The notes below the pieces were generated by a model. That model made no database searches and was not told the DNA's origin. It saw only the letters and a list, made by a program, of their open reading frames with translations. The translations under genes were made by a program, and so were the position numbers. A DNA stretch of 64,000 nt from Octopus sinensis (Eukaryota): assembly GCF_006345805.1 (NCBI RefSeq), contig NC_043004.1, forward strand, positions 36,952,001-37,016,000, in the 5' to 3' direction. Position 1 is the stretch's first letter; each line of letters opens with the position of its first letter. This document shows, one piece after another, positions 14,781-27,532 of this stretch.

Positions 14781-16032
14781 ATTTAGAGTATTTGAGTGTA
14801 ATCTTTACTTTCTTCGCCGTTTCCAGCACACCTACACATGCATACACACACACGCACACACATGCACACGCGCGCGCGCAGTTTTTCTTTGACTTTGAAT
14901 TATCTAAGAAGCAGATGTAGCAAATACACGTTTTTAACATTTTTTTCTCTCTCATTGCAAACCTAAAATACAAATCAACAAGCATGGAGTGAGATGTGTA
15001 GTTTATGAACAACTTAAAACACTGGCAGTGTTCGTCTATAATGTATGTTGTATGTCAGAAATATATTTTATTGAGCTTTTCTTGTTTAGAAAATAAAGAA
15101 AGCCTGCCGCCGTTTTGATTGCTCTCACTGCACAGTTTTGATAACTGAACTGTGCAAACCGAATATCATTTTCCCCCGTAGTTACGCTCTACTAAATAAT
15201 GCAGACACATGAAACATGAAGAAACTGAAAGAAAAGCGGAGTGGGGCGGCAAAAGAATCTAATATTTGAGAAACGTCAGATGGGAAAAAACAAATCAAAA
15301 AAGAAGATTCAAAAAAGACGAAAAGAACAGACAAAAGAAGAAGCATTAATGTAACGTGCATGTAGACTTTATTTACGGCAAGCCTTCTTGTGATGGACAT
15401 GTCTTCAAGTTAGAAACTAGTGAATAAAAGATTACTTTTGCAGCTTTGATTACCTACAGTTGGCTTGTTGCATACAATGTCTTACAATAAACAAAAAAGA
15501 CGGACTTTATTAAAATCGATCTCCACATTCCCATATGTCTTAGAATTTTGAAAGCATCCGCGAACATCATGTGTGTTTGTGGCGGCGTGTGTGTGTCCAT
15601 GTATATAAGCATAGGTTAGTGTGTGTATGTGTATATGTATGCGTGTGTATGTCAGCGTGCGTGCGCGCGTGTTTATCACTATATGAACAGAAACAAAAAC
15701 GAAAACCTATAGAACGATATTCTTAGAAATATAGAAATCTTATTCTCTCTCTCACACACACACACACACACAAATACACAAAACTGTAAAATGAATTACG
15801 GAAAAGGAACACTGAACTATCTGAACTCAGATCCTGTTTCCAAACAAGCGTCAGACATTTTGCTGGGTTTCTGACCAGGACATTTTATCCTTCACCATCT
15901 TGCTTCACCCTAACGATTGACAACAGGCATTAATTGTTCTACTAAAGAGCGTCAAGAGAAATCTATATTTACATATGATGAAGCACACAAAAAAATCAGT
16001 CTATTTTGCTTTTTTAAATTGAATTACTCCTT

Positions 16033-16409
16033 CATATTTTGTTGGCACTCCGTTGGTTACGACGGCGAGGGTTCCAGTTGATCCATTCAACGGAACAGCC
16101 TACTCGTGAAATTAACGTGCAAGTGGCTGAGCATTCCACAGACACGAGTACCCTTAACGTAGTTCTCGGAGGAGATTCAGCGTGACACAGAGTGTGACAA
16201 GGCTGGTCCTTTGAAATACAGGTACAAGAGAGACAGGAAGATAGAGAATGAGAAAGTTGTGGTGAAAGAGTACAGCAGGATTCGCCACCATCCCCTGCCG
16301 GAGCCTCGTGGAACTTCAGGTGTTTTCGCTCAATAAACACTCACAACGCCCGGTCTAGGAATCGAAACCGCGAGTCCGCTGCCCCAACCACTGGGCCATT
16401 GCACCTCAA
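16033..16409 (-). mobile_element. tRNA-derived SINE sharing its 3' body with family C
   Basis: The body (AACGGAACAGCCT.CTCGTGAA.TTAACGTGCAAGTGGCTGAG) is shared with 46667-46983 and 33181-33495; tRNA-like head at about 16350-16409. Confidence 0.8.
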
Positions 16410-17975
16410 TACTCCTCCATATTAACATTCGAAGAAAGCACATAACACCTCCCATTCGCAGTGTTTCCTTCTAAATATTCTGTCAGAAAGAAAACTTCTT
16501 TTACAATACAATTTCAAAAAATAATCAATAGAAATATAACCGAGATTCATACAAATAACTCCGTCTTTAATGCGTTGACATTTTTAATTAATTAATAACT
16601 CATTTTTTACATAAAAGTCAACTTTATTTAAATTGCGTTGTTTCACAGGCAGCCAGTTATTTTATTCATTGCAACTACGTGCTGCAACAGCACATGTTCC
16701 CACACCTGACCTTATTTCATTCATTGAAACTAAACAATGTCCATTTCTCCTCTAAGACATAAAGATAACAATTGCAGCGTGGAAGGTGTTTATAAGCTTT
16801 TGCTCTGCCGCCAAAATGATTGCAAGACATATTTTTGTTTTCTTTTGTTGCCTGAAAAAACACAACAACGATTAATTTTTCTTTGTACAGCTTTCAACAA
16901 AGATGGTTTAATCACTTTGTTGCCAAAGAAAGAAGAACAGTTTTTTGCTGCTGATAAGGCGCATAAAGTTGGACAGGTGTAACGTGTACATAACAGCATT
17001 AAAACTGGCTGAATTAATTACGAACAATGAACCCAAAGAAATGCAAGATCGTTTTGCTCTGATAATTAAGAGAAAAACATTTAGGCTAGTAAGTTATTTA
17101 CAGGCATATATACCTAAAAGCATTCATTGGGTGTTTAAAGGAAACCGGAAGAAAGTGCAATATTGAAGGCGGTGGGTTAATGTTATTTCAACAGCACAAC
17201 CAAAGTTATATATTTGTGTATGTGTAGAAAAATTTTTGAATCAATAATCCAGGAGACTAAAACTCCAAAGAGGGCTTTGAAACTGTTAACGATAACTGTA
17301 GACCGAAGTGTTATATTTGATAAATTTAATGTTTTAGCAAGAAATTCTGCTTTCACTACCTCAGAGGCTCTTCAGAAACTAAATTTTGTAACTCTATAAA
17401 CACAGATAATACATATCGAACTATTTTTTTCTGATTTAATGGTTGAGAAGCAAGTCTGATTTATTACAGGTAAAAGAATTTCTCTGAAATATGGCTTCAA
17501 AGAAGTGGGGAGAATAATCAAACGATGTCATTTTACGCTAAGTACATACACTCACAAAAATCCAGGAAGTACAAATGCACACTAGTATAAAAAATATATT
17601 ACTATATGAATATCTGAATGGATAAATGAAAAAGAAACTAAAAATAGATATCTAATTCAATCAACAGTAATAAAGAAGTGAGGTTAACATGCGGGGACAA
17701 AATCACAAGCCTATCTGCAGTGGAAACTGATTTCTATACGGCTGATAGCTCTCGATATTTTACTTATAAGTCTTTATGTCTAATATCGTCTGGGAAGTTA
17801 ACTAACCTCATTTTAGTGATGACCACCTGGTGAGGGGGAAATCCTTCACTGTGCTAATTAAACGGTTCCTCTTTTTATAGCCAACGCACAGTAGCCTTTG
17901 TGGCTTGGAGCTACAGCAGCCACCATCTGTCTTCATTACAATGCCTAGCCGTGCGAATTGCTTTTGTAACTTCTA

Positions 17976-18042
<67 letters not shown>

Positions 18043-18062
18043 TAATAATAATAATAATAATT
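17976..18062. repeat. (ATT)n immediately followed by (TAA)n
   Basis: Directly visible; quasi-palindromic. Confidence 0.95.
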
Positions 18063-18215
18063 CTTTCTACTAAAGGAACAAGGCCTGAAATTTGGAGGGA
18101 GAAAGTCGATTATCGTCTTTCAGTGGTACCTGATCTATCGATCCCGAAAGATTGAAAGGCAATGTCGACCCCAGTGGGTTTTGAACTCAGAACGTAAAGA
18201 AGAACGAATTACCGC
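18063..18215 (-). mobile_element. SINE family B, diverged
   Basis: ATCGATCCCGAAAGATTGAAAGGCAATGTCGACC...TTTGAACTCAGAACGTAAAG. Confidence 0.7.
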
Positions 18216-18217
18216 TT

Positions 18218-18771
18218 TCCCTGATGAAGTTGCAGGCAGTGGATCTAGTGGCTTCTGATCTTAGCTGGTTGGAAGTGTTATCATGTACATGTTTTATATT
18301 AGGAAAAAAGATAGGTTACAGCAAACATTCTGCTCAATATCACAGATTTACTTGTCCGTTGTTCGGACTTTAACCAGTTGAGCACATCCCTTAGCGGCCG
18401 ATGATATATGCATCTCTGATCAAGTGCAAGATTAGTGGGGAAACATCATAGCCATGTGTTAAAAGGAAATTTCCAGGATTTGAATAATTCACCCCTGGGA
18501 ACATGGGGGTTTAGTTTGACAGCCTTAAATAATCCTTATTCAAGGATCTTTTCAGCAGGGTGGGCTACTCGACCTGAAGAAAATTCTAACTGGGCCCCTC
18601 CTACAAGGTCATGCACTGTTCATCTTGATACTATATCACCATGTCACGCACATATGGTTGTTATGCATATGCTCGGTGTACCCTTATCAGATGTATAGTA
18701 TGATGGGTATGCTGGGCTTCGTATATTTGAATCCCAGTGTCACTTTGATGGCATGCATTGCTCTCTCACTC

Positions 18772-18803
<32 letters not shown>
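18218..18803 (+). mobile_element. Probable retroposon (SINE/LINE 3' portion) ending in (AAT)n
   Basis: About 550 bp block, GC-richer than its surroundings, ending in an (AAT)n tail. No second copy in the window. Confidence 0.45.
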
Positions 18804-18806
<3 letters not shown>

Positions 18807-19546
18807 ATGAGAGACTAAGTGACTCAAGGGTCGAGAGTCCCGTGCATGGCACTTATCACACACACATACACACACAAGCACGGACACGCACATAGACACA
18901 AACACACCGTTATATATATATAATATATACAATCACACTATCTACAGATGGACGTTTTAATGAATTCTTAATTCTTTCTTGTACCACTAACTAAAATAAA
19001 AGGAATGAAAAAAATCTTTCTTAAATATTAATTCTTTAAGGTGATAACGACTGAACAAAGTTAAGAATTTTCTCATTAAGTTACAGGTAGTTGCAATAAA
19101 CACTAAAAAAAAACAGAACGCGAAAAAATGTTTTAGCTGCAAAATATAATCTACGGCTAAATTGCAAATCTACATATGACTTATGTATTTATGAGTTATG
19201 TATTACGTATGTTAAACATGTACCTAAGTTTGTTAATCCTCAGTAAATACCAATCTCCAGCGTAATTCAATGTTCTAACCATGTATATATATATATATAC
19301 ACACACATCATATATATAATCAGCACTACACATTCTGATTCAATCTTCTGTGTGTTAACATACACCTCCTTGCGACAATGTAAACTTTCATTTAATCAAG
19401 ATATCCTAGGCCTGAAGAGTAGCCTGCGGTATACACGTCGCTTAGATATTTACCACTTCTGAGGTTCCACTCGCAATGAAACATGTGTAACCTGGTTCCT
19501 ATCTACTCCATTCATTAACACACGCGTGTGTGTGTGTGCGCACATG

Positions 19547-19596
<50 letters not shown>

Positions 19597-19770
19597 TTCA
19601 GCAAACATTTAGATTCAAATGGATATGGTACTTAATTTAGATAATATAATTGGCTGATGAGTACTCAGCATCTTAAATCTGTTGTAATACTTACAACATT
19701 TAATAAAATGATGTAGTACGAAACGATTGTACCAAATTACCGGAGTCCTTCTTGTTGCTTATTTTGATTA
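19597..19770 (+). mobile_element. 174-bp hammerhead-containing element inserted in (AT)n
   Basis: Shares its 5' end (TTCAGCAAA..TTTAGATTCA.ATG.ATATGGTACTTAA) and 3' end (TGTTGCTTATTT.GATTA) with 2990-3405; (AT)n on both sides. Confidence 0.75.
19647..19739 (+). ncRNA. Type I hammerhead ribozyme, canonical core, long stem II
   Basis: Stem I TAATTGG/CCAA(A)TTA; CTGATGA 19654-19660; stem II GTACT/AGTAC continued by CATC/GATG, TTAAAT/ATTTAA, GTTGTAA/TTACAAC; GAAA 19720-19723; stem III ACGATTGT; GUA site, H17=19731. Confidence 0.88.
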
Positions 19771-20289
19771 TATATATATATATAGGAAAATAAGGATTGA
19801 GATAAAATCGGTTACTGGAAAAGATATGCACCAGGTAGGGATGGATAAACCTGTGGTTCCGGCCTATGGTTGATAAGTATCAAATAGGATATTCCGGTTG
19901 AGTGCACAGAGAAAACCCACCCTATGGGTATTTAGCACCTAGGGGCTGGTCCAAAGCACGCGTTACATTGAATTGTACATTGTTGAAAATACTCTAAGGT
20001 GTCCGATAAGTCGTAAATCCCCTTGGTGTATTATAATCAAATGAATAATGACAGACGATGGATAATTGTCAGCTCCTTACAGCTGTTTCTCACACATCTT
20101 TTTAATAGAAGAATGAAAACATTTCTCCATTGCAAAAACACCGTAATCATCAAATGAAATATAATGTATTGTAAAATTATGGTTCACTGAGGATTACTGT
20201 TTTTTTGTAACGAAGTAACGTTCTCATTCTTCTGTTAAAAATGCGTAAGAAACAGCCGCAATGAGCTGACATTTATTAAATATATTGAT

Positions 20290-20337
<48 letters not shown>

Positions 20338-20403
20338 TTTTTTGCGTAATGAGATTAAAAAAAACCAAGGCTGTATAGATATTAGAGCATTTATAGATAG
20401 ATG

Positions 20404-20458
20404 ATCTTACAGCTGTTTCTAGAATATTAATTAATAATAATATCCCTTCATCGGAGAC
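20404..20458 (-). ncRNA. Type I hammerhead-like fold with U4C core variant
   Basis: Minus strand: GTCT CCGATGA A GGGATATTA..TAATATTCT A GAAA CAGCTG T A AGAT. Palindromic stem III ACAGCTGT; 4-bp stem I; 9-bp stem II. Confidence 0.6.
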
Positions 20459-20631
20459 GGTGTGAGAGGAAACATTAAGTCATAGTTAGTTTCGATGTGA
20501 TACATATAGAGAGTGAGGCGGAGGAAGGTGGAGGAAGAATAAATATATATATAACATATATATAAATATATATATATAAATAAATAAATATATATATATA
20601 CACATATAAAACAAGGTGTACGTACGCTGCT

Positions 20632-20685
<54 letters not shown>

Positions 20686-21390
20686 TGTACAAGGGGTTAC
20701 ACAGAATGGCAACAAATTGAATGCAGTAATCCATCAATAGAAAAGGTGTGGTGAATGGATGAATCCCAAATCTAAGAGGGAATTGTAGAAAAATAAATAA
20801 CTCACATAGACCTTCTTTTGTGGGTAAAACATTCCAGAACATGGATTTTTCAGGGAAATCAAAAAACATTTTTCAAAATGTTTTGTACTTACCTGAAAAT
20901 AGAACAAAGAAAACATTTAATTAAAATTAATTATAACATTAAAAAAGGTAATTATATAAAGCACTATTTAATAAAAATTTTTTTTTTTAAATGGACATTG
21001 TTTCTGTCTCATCTAAATGACGCAACATGGACACAAATTTTCGTGCATCAACAGCGCTGCCTTCTAATTCTAATCATAAAATACAGAACTAACAAGGAGT
21101 ATTTGCTCATACTTGTCCTTGTCCGACCATCTTGGTTTCTTTTGACTAGTTCTAAAGTACACCAACTTACTCGCTTCAATTTTCTACCTTAACTCATCTT
21201 TTCCAAATCTTATGATAATCAATTTTTCCATACATCTTCCTTTTGTAATTAAACCCTGACCAGATCTTTTCTTCAAACGCTTCTCTACAATATTCAAAGC
21301 AGTATTATTAATAGCCCAACAATCCTAGGGAACAACAAACTGGAAAACAGGATAGTGACTTCGAAGTCAGCATTGAAAACAGGTCTATAT

Positions 21391-21623
21391 AAGGCGGCGA
21401 GCTGGCAGAAACGTTAGCGCGCCGAGCGAAATGCTTAGCGGTATTTCGTCTGTCGTTACGTTCTGAGTTCGAATTCCGCTGAGGTCGCCTTTGCCTTTCA
21501 TCCTTTCGGAGTCGATAAATAATGTACCAGTTTCACACTGGGGTCGATGTAATAGACTTAATCCCTTTGTCAGTCCTTGTTTGTCCCCTCTGTGTTTAGC
21601 ACCTTGTGGGTAGTAAAGAAATG
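21391..21623 (+). mobile_element. tRNA-derived SINE family B, full length
   Basis: AAGGCGGCGAGCTGGCAGAAACGTTAG...GAGTTCGAATTCC...GTAGTAAAGAAAT. Confidence 0.88.
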
Positions 21624-21662
21624 TATAATGCCTGTATTTCATTTCCATGATTATATATACAA

Positions 21663-22168
21663 CTAGCAGTATCGCCCGGCGTTGCTCGGGTTTGTAAGGG
21701 AAATAACTATATAAGCATTTTTAGAGAGTTACTTCCCTTATAAATTCGGGCTTTCTTAGCCATTTTTGTTTTGGTGTCTTCAAGCCATGAAGTCGTTGTT
21801 CTAAAAGAACGCTGGTTTCCTTCACAACGCATTGCGACGTTGATTTCTTTACACTCCCTTCCCCACAGCTTCACGAGGGAGGGAAGAGGGAGAAGCAAAC
21901 AGGTGCAGCTGTGAGCGTGGACGCCAACTCCGCCGCCATCGACATACGATGCATTTTATGCATTAAAATGGAATAAAAAATGATGTTAAATTATTTTTAA
22001 AATCGTAGACTCATCGTTGACGCGCGCTAATAGTCAGACGGGCTCGATATGAATCACGACTATAAGATACCCGAATTTGGTTAAACTGCACCGCAAAATG
22101 TGGGAGGAGTTAGGAATCTAAATCGAAGGGGACAGACACTCACACAACTAGAGTTTTATATATATAGA
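21663..22168 (-). mobile_element. Non-autonomous Helitron (506 bp)
   Basis: On the minus strand it starts TC (TCTATATATATAAAA) after an A and ends CTAG before a T, with a GC hairpin CCCG-AGCAACGC-CGGG shortly before the CTAG. No TSD. All are Helitron hallmarks. Confidence 0.8.
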
Positions 22169-23887
22169 TGTCATTAAGTGATATCACAGCAAGGTTATAT
22201 ATTTGATTTCGAGCGAAATTTACAACAGAAAAACATAAGCATTTGCATATTGGTTCTACCTCAAATAAATACGACAAATGGATATTCTTGCATATTGTCG
22301 TGTAAAATTATATGTGAATTTAAGATTTAAATTGTGTAACAATAAATATATAGGTAACTTCGATTTAAAGACGATAATCTGCCATTGGGTAAATTTTGGA
22401 GAAAACATGACATGCACAGAGCGGCAATTGACAATATTCCATATATGTTTCATGATTAATACTTTGAGAATGGCATGACCATCACATAGTCGCTCATTAT
22501 CTCATGATATATATGTTTTACTAGCTATCAATTAGAAACATATAACCCTGCTTTAGAAACATGTACCACTCCTCTCCCGCTTACAATAATCCAGGGCACC
22601 CTGTTTTGCACATTTCAGTACAAAACATAGGAAACATGAAAGATCCAATTTAACAGGACAAAATTACAAATCTGAATATGGAAGGGATTCAGGTGATCTC
22701 GACAAAAACTTGAATACTTTGTAAAATTGAAATCACCTTTGAGTAACTTTACATTTTACATGTGTAACTGGTTATGCATCACATTTTAAATCTTTGACAT
22801 CACCCCTATATTTAATAATGAGCTAATTAAAAACATACTGCAATTATAGGTTTTCTATGATTGTTGGTGTTTAGTTCATTAAGTATCGTCTCATACCTTT
22901 ATGTATTAGAATTAGAAACCCTAACTTGTGTCCCGCCCTACTTATAGTGGTGGAAGGAGGACAGAAATATGAATGCATTATATTATCAAGATACAATCAC
23001 GGAATGAATCACAGAAATTCAACAAGCGAACGGACAGTTGTTCTAGCGAAATACATTGAAGAATGAGGACAGCACCTCCAATGACAGGCTACAAAGTACA
23101 GAGCATTCGATTGGTTGGCAGAGTACTTGAATGAGTTGACCGTTTGTAAGCATAGATAGCTACATGTATACTTGTATATGTGCGTGGGTGGGAAATGTGT
23201 GGGTGAATGTCTGTATGTGCTTTTATTTGACAACACACACACACACACACACACACACGAATGGTGAGTAGAAGAACGTCATTTTATATGAAATAAAAGC
23301 TTGATTACTGAAGCAATTTAGTTTCTCCGTGATTCTCCTCACATAAACCTACTCCAATGATCGCTTAGATAAATAAAACTGTTCTTTAATAAAATATAAC
23401 AAAGTTAGTAGCGTCATTATTAAATAAGAGTAAATTAGATAAGGTTTTTTTTTATTAGCTGAGATCTGTACAGAAGTCGGAGAGCAGCAAAATCAGTTTC
23501 TTATATTTCTACACAGCACGGTTGTCTGTTTCAGAATGACAGCTTACACACATCTTTTGTCTCTTCTTCATGGACTTCTGTGTGGGTGGAGTGCATGTGT
23601 GTCTGTTTAGACCACACGCTCATACATGTTGATTAGAGACACATTGTATCCGCATAATGTTGGATCTAATTCGCTGCAGTAGACTTAACCTAAAAGATCA
23701 ATTTAGGAGTTCAATTTGCCGATAAATCAACCGACCAATCTACAATTCCCCTTCGCATTAAATTACACATTATCACATTTTGATGCTCTGTGTAATCTAC
23801 TGTAGAAACTCACCTTTCATTGTATTAGCGTGCATGCATCCTTTTGTGCGTGTGAGCGTTTATATGTCTGTACGTGTGTGTGTGTGT

Positions 23888-23926
<39 letters not shown>

Positions 23927-24567
23927 TTACATTCCATATGATATAATTTTACAGTTTTGACAACATTCCCAAAAAATACTTCATTTCAATACGTTGTTAT
24001 ATTCTTCTATTGGCATCCCGTCAATGTTTCTGTTACATTTTCTCAATTTGCCTCCGGCTTTATCACTTCGCTTCACATTACAACTCTGATGCTGTTTGAT
24101 ATTAGCCAAATGTAATATTATTGTTTACATGCAGCCATATTAATCGCACACAATAAACTGCAATTGTGCGAATGCGCATATCGTTGCTTTATCAGTGCCA
24201 TGTATATTTAATTTATACAAAACAAATAGATATCTCCGAATTATCGTTAATAACGTACAGTGAATGAAGAATTTTAAGGCCAGAAATCTAGAATTAAGGA
24301 TTATATATAACCAGGGACCTCAGTTGCCTTGAAAATGTGATGGGGAGAAACCAACATTCGTTGATTCTGAAAGGAGCATGTTAGTAGTGCTTATGGTGCC
24401 TTTCCCGGACCCTGTCACATTATATCAAATTTAATTAACGAGAAATTTTACTTCTCAAATGAACGTCAGATATAATAAAATAAGCTTAAAAAGAATTTAT
24501 TATACCAAATAAACTAAAAATGAAACACAGATGTTTGAATTAAAAAAATGTAAAGTAAATTTGTCTT

Positions 24568-25580
24568 TTAGAACTTTCCAAACATATTATATCTTGCATC
24601 ATTGCTGTCAATAAATAATTTAGCAGCTTCTTCACGACTAGTCTTTTTCAAAACATTTCTACGAACGTGGCATATTAGAATATGATTCAGCTTTTGCTGG
24701 TCGACTGCAGTCAAGTTTTGATTTTCCGTAGAATGCTAAAAGATCCTTCAGCTTCACAAGAACTGGTTGGAAACACTAAAAGTAGCTTGAGCTGCCGCTC
24801 AACATTTGCAAAAATGCGACGGATTTCTGGTTGCATTTCACCAAATATTTTACGATGATCCTTGAGAGATAACTCACTATGATAATTTCAAAAAAAAAAA
24901 AAGGCATTTCGTTCCTTAAAGAAAATTCATCAAGCTCTGAATACTGCAAGATCACTTCAGCACAAAAATTTGCATTGAGTAAAATATGGTTCGGTTTATT
25001 CATAATCTGCTAAATCCCGTGAGAAAAAAAATCTTTCAAATTTGCTATTGCAGTGTTCACCATCTGCAAATACTGCACTCTGTAATGATCCAAAACAGTG
25101 CAGTGTTGATATTTTAACACATTTCCTTCCTGGTATCTTTTAGGAACTTTTTGTTGCCTGGGTAGCTCCAAAAGAGAAATATTGAGTTGCTAAATCATTT
25201 CATCTGCTGTATTGAACAGCTCCTGAAATTTGTATTCACTGCGTAGATTTTGTAGCTCCCCCTGCACCAGTTTGACACTATACAATAGGCCACCTATAAG
25301 GCGGCGAGCTGGCAGAAACGTTAGCGCGCCGGGCGAAATGCGTAGCCGTATTTCGTCTGCCGTTACGTTCTGGGTTCAAATTCCACGGAGGTCGACTTTG
25401 CCTTTCATCAATTCGGGGTCAATTAAATAAGTACCAATTACGCACTGGGGTCGATGTAATCGACTTAATCCGTTTGTCTGTCCTTGTTTGTCCTCTCTGT
25501 GTTTAGCCCCTTGTGGGTAGTAAAGAAATATATACAATAGGCCACCTAGATTGACGGTGGCACTTTGTTTTATAATTGGG
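24568..25580 (-). pseudogene. Decayed hAT-superfamily transposase, C-terminal half including dimerization domain; interrupted by a SINE
   Basis: Pieced minus-strand translation: SATVNLGGLLYSVKLVQGELQNLRSEY...LELPRQQKVPKRY...HYRVQYLQMVNTAIANLKD...FANVERQLKLLLVFPTSSCEAEGS(fs)..LRKIKT*LQST..QQKLNHILICHV...FIDSNDARYNMFGKF*. This matches the hAT C-terminal P.SS.EAERSFS.LRR.KT.LRST motif; stops and frameshifts are present. Confidence 0.85.
25297..25530 (+). mobile_element. SINE family B with 18-bp TSD
   Basis: TATACAATAGGCCACCTA at 25279-25296 and 25531-25548. Confidence 0.93.
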
Positions 25581-25729
25581 GAAAAGTGGGTGGGGACAAA
25601 ACATGGTTTACCCTCGTTCCTGAAAAAGTGGGAGCGGAACTTGTCCCATGGTACCCCCTGAAACAAGGCTCTTGATTATAACTGTATTTGAAACCTATTG
25701 GGGGGTGCGCGCGCGTCTCTCTCTCTCTC

Positions 25730-25785
<56 letters not shown>

Positions 25786-27498
25786 CATTTGTGATACTGT
25801 TGTTAACGTTTTTGGTAACACTATATCATTTCAAATAGATACAAATGTTCAAGATTTGTCAACTTCAGAAGAAAATCGATCATTTGTATTCAAGGTAACT
25901 AGAAATAAATGACGTTTCAAACATTAGCCAACTATCGAGAATCATTGATTGGTCTATGACGATATATATTCTTCGATTAGTTCAAACCTCTCTATAAGAG
26001 TATATTATACTAAAAAAAATTATTTTGATGACAACGACCGTACATAATAATGGAATGGTTTATTCCATGATTATAATTTCACTGGTTATTTTAACTACTC
26101 ATCATCTATCCACGAATTTTAATTATAACTCATTTTAAATTAGATTACGCTGTTAATTTAGTCAACTCTTATAGTTACTTAGAAGCAGTAAACACCTACT
26201 GCAGGTTATCTATTGATCAGAGTACCCAAGTAGTTTAGTTTCGAGTACTCACACACCGGTAACTTTTCAAGTATAGTCTACATTAGAGTATTCAAGTACC
26301 TTTAGTGGAACCCTTGAGAGCACAGAGAGAGTACTTTTGAATGAGACTATTTTACGTAAAGCCACGTGTTAATATATTTACTCCAACTGTTGCGGGGTGA
26401 CTCCAGTTATGTTTCTCAGTTTATATCTAATGATATAAACTCAGTAAAAAATCCTCATATCCACAGATCTTTTCCGATAAACACCTGGATTTATGAAACG
26501 TAATTGCAATTCAAATTATTAAAAAAAATTTCTCCATAAAATATCTCTCACAATATTCAAAAGATTTCATAATCCAAAATAGCTAATGGCCGATGTTTGT
26601 ATCGCTCTATTCAGGGTCTTTTTTTTTCTGTTTAATTACAAACAAAAATAACATTTTTGTTGATAGTTACAGAACTATTTGCTTAAGTAGACATATGCAA
26701 ACACATACACTCTCACACACACTCCCTCTCTCTCTCACACACACACTCCCTCTCTCTCACACACACACACACACACATACAAACGCACTTACGCACATAA
26801 CTACTCTCGTACACACTTTACTCCGGGCTGACACGTAATCCTGATTGATAGTAAACCTATTTATTCGAGTGCCCTTTGAATTTGTGGATTTAACATGTTG
26901 TGTTATAATCAATCTGACAAAACATTGACAAAGAGGAATACTTTGATGGTTGGCTATGTTTGTATTTTATCAATTGAAATCTATCAACTGGTTATGCTAG
27001 TTAGAATCTCAAGTTGATCTGCTTTTCGGATTTCAGAACACTTAATACCTTTTTATCGTTAATCCCTTACACAAATGATTCTCTTCTGTTTCCTCCTCTT
27101 TCTCTTCCGTGAATATTTACATTCCAAATAAAGAAGGGGAAACCAACCGGTGCATACTGCCTTCTCTTCCTCAAACCTGTCTGTAATAATTAAGTGCAGA
27201 TCAATAAAGTTCTATAGCAGTGCATAATATCGATTAGTTTCTATATTAAAAGTAATATGGCTAAAATCAAACTAATTAAATGAGTTGTCAGTTGTTTTGC
27301 TGTCGTCGCTTAAAACGAGAAATTAATCGGCTTTGAGTTTGTTTAACTCGGGGAGTACCAAGACGGAACAGTTTTGATCACAGGAGAGTTCCTGGAAGAG
27401 TTCGATAAGTTCAACTGCTGGGAGAGAGAGAATCATTGGTAGTTGACGGGGTGGGAGGAAGGCCCTACTCTGTGTGTGTGTGTATTTTCTAGGAGTGC

Positions 27499-27532
<34 letters not shown>

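Noticed and set aside
15255-15285. GAAACGTCAGA, resembling a minimal HHR 3' end
   Set aside because: No upstream CUGANGA or stem II.
17345-17380. Minus-strand CTGAAGA GCCT..AGGT AGT GAAA
   Set aside because: 3-nt gap before GAAA and no stem III or stem I.
18218-18260. CTGATGA at the start of the 18218 element
   Set aside because: No stem II followed by GAAA.
19405-19490. CTGAAGAGTAG.. and GAAACATGTGTA motifs, with a relative at about 3495-3560
   Set aside because: Homologous repeat blocks, but the core and stems cannot be assembled; at most a decayed HHR.
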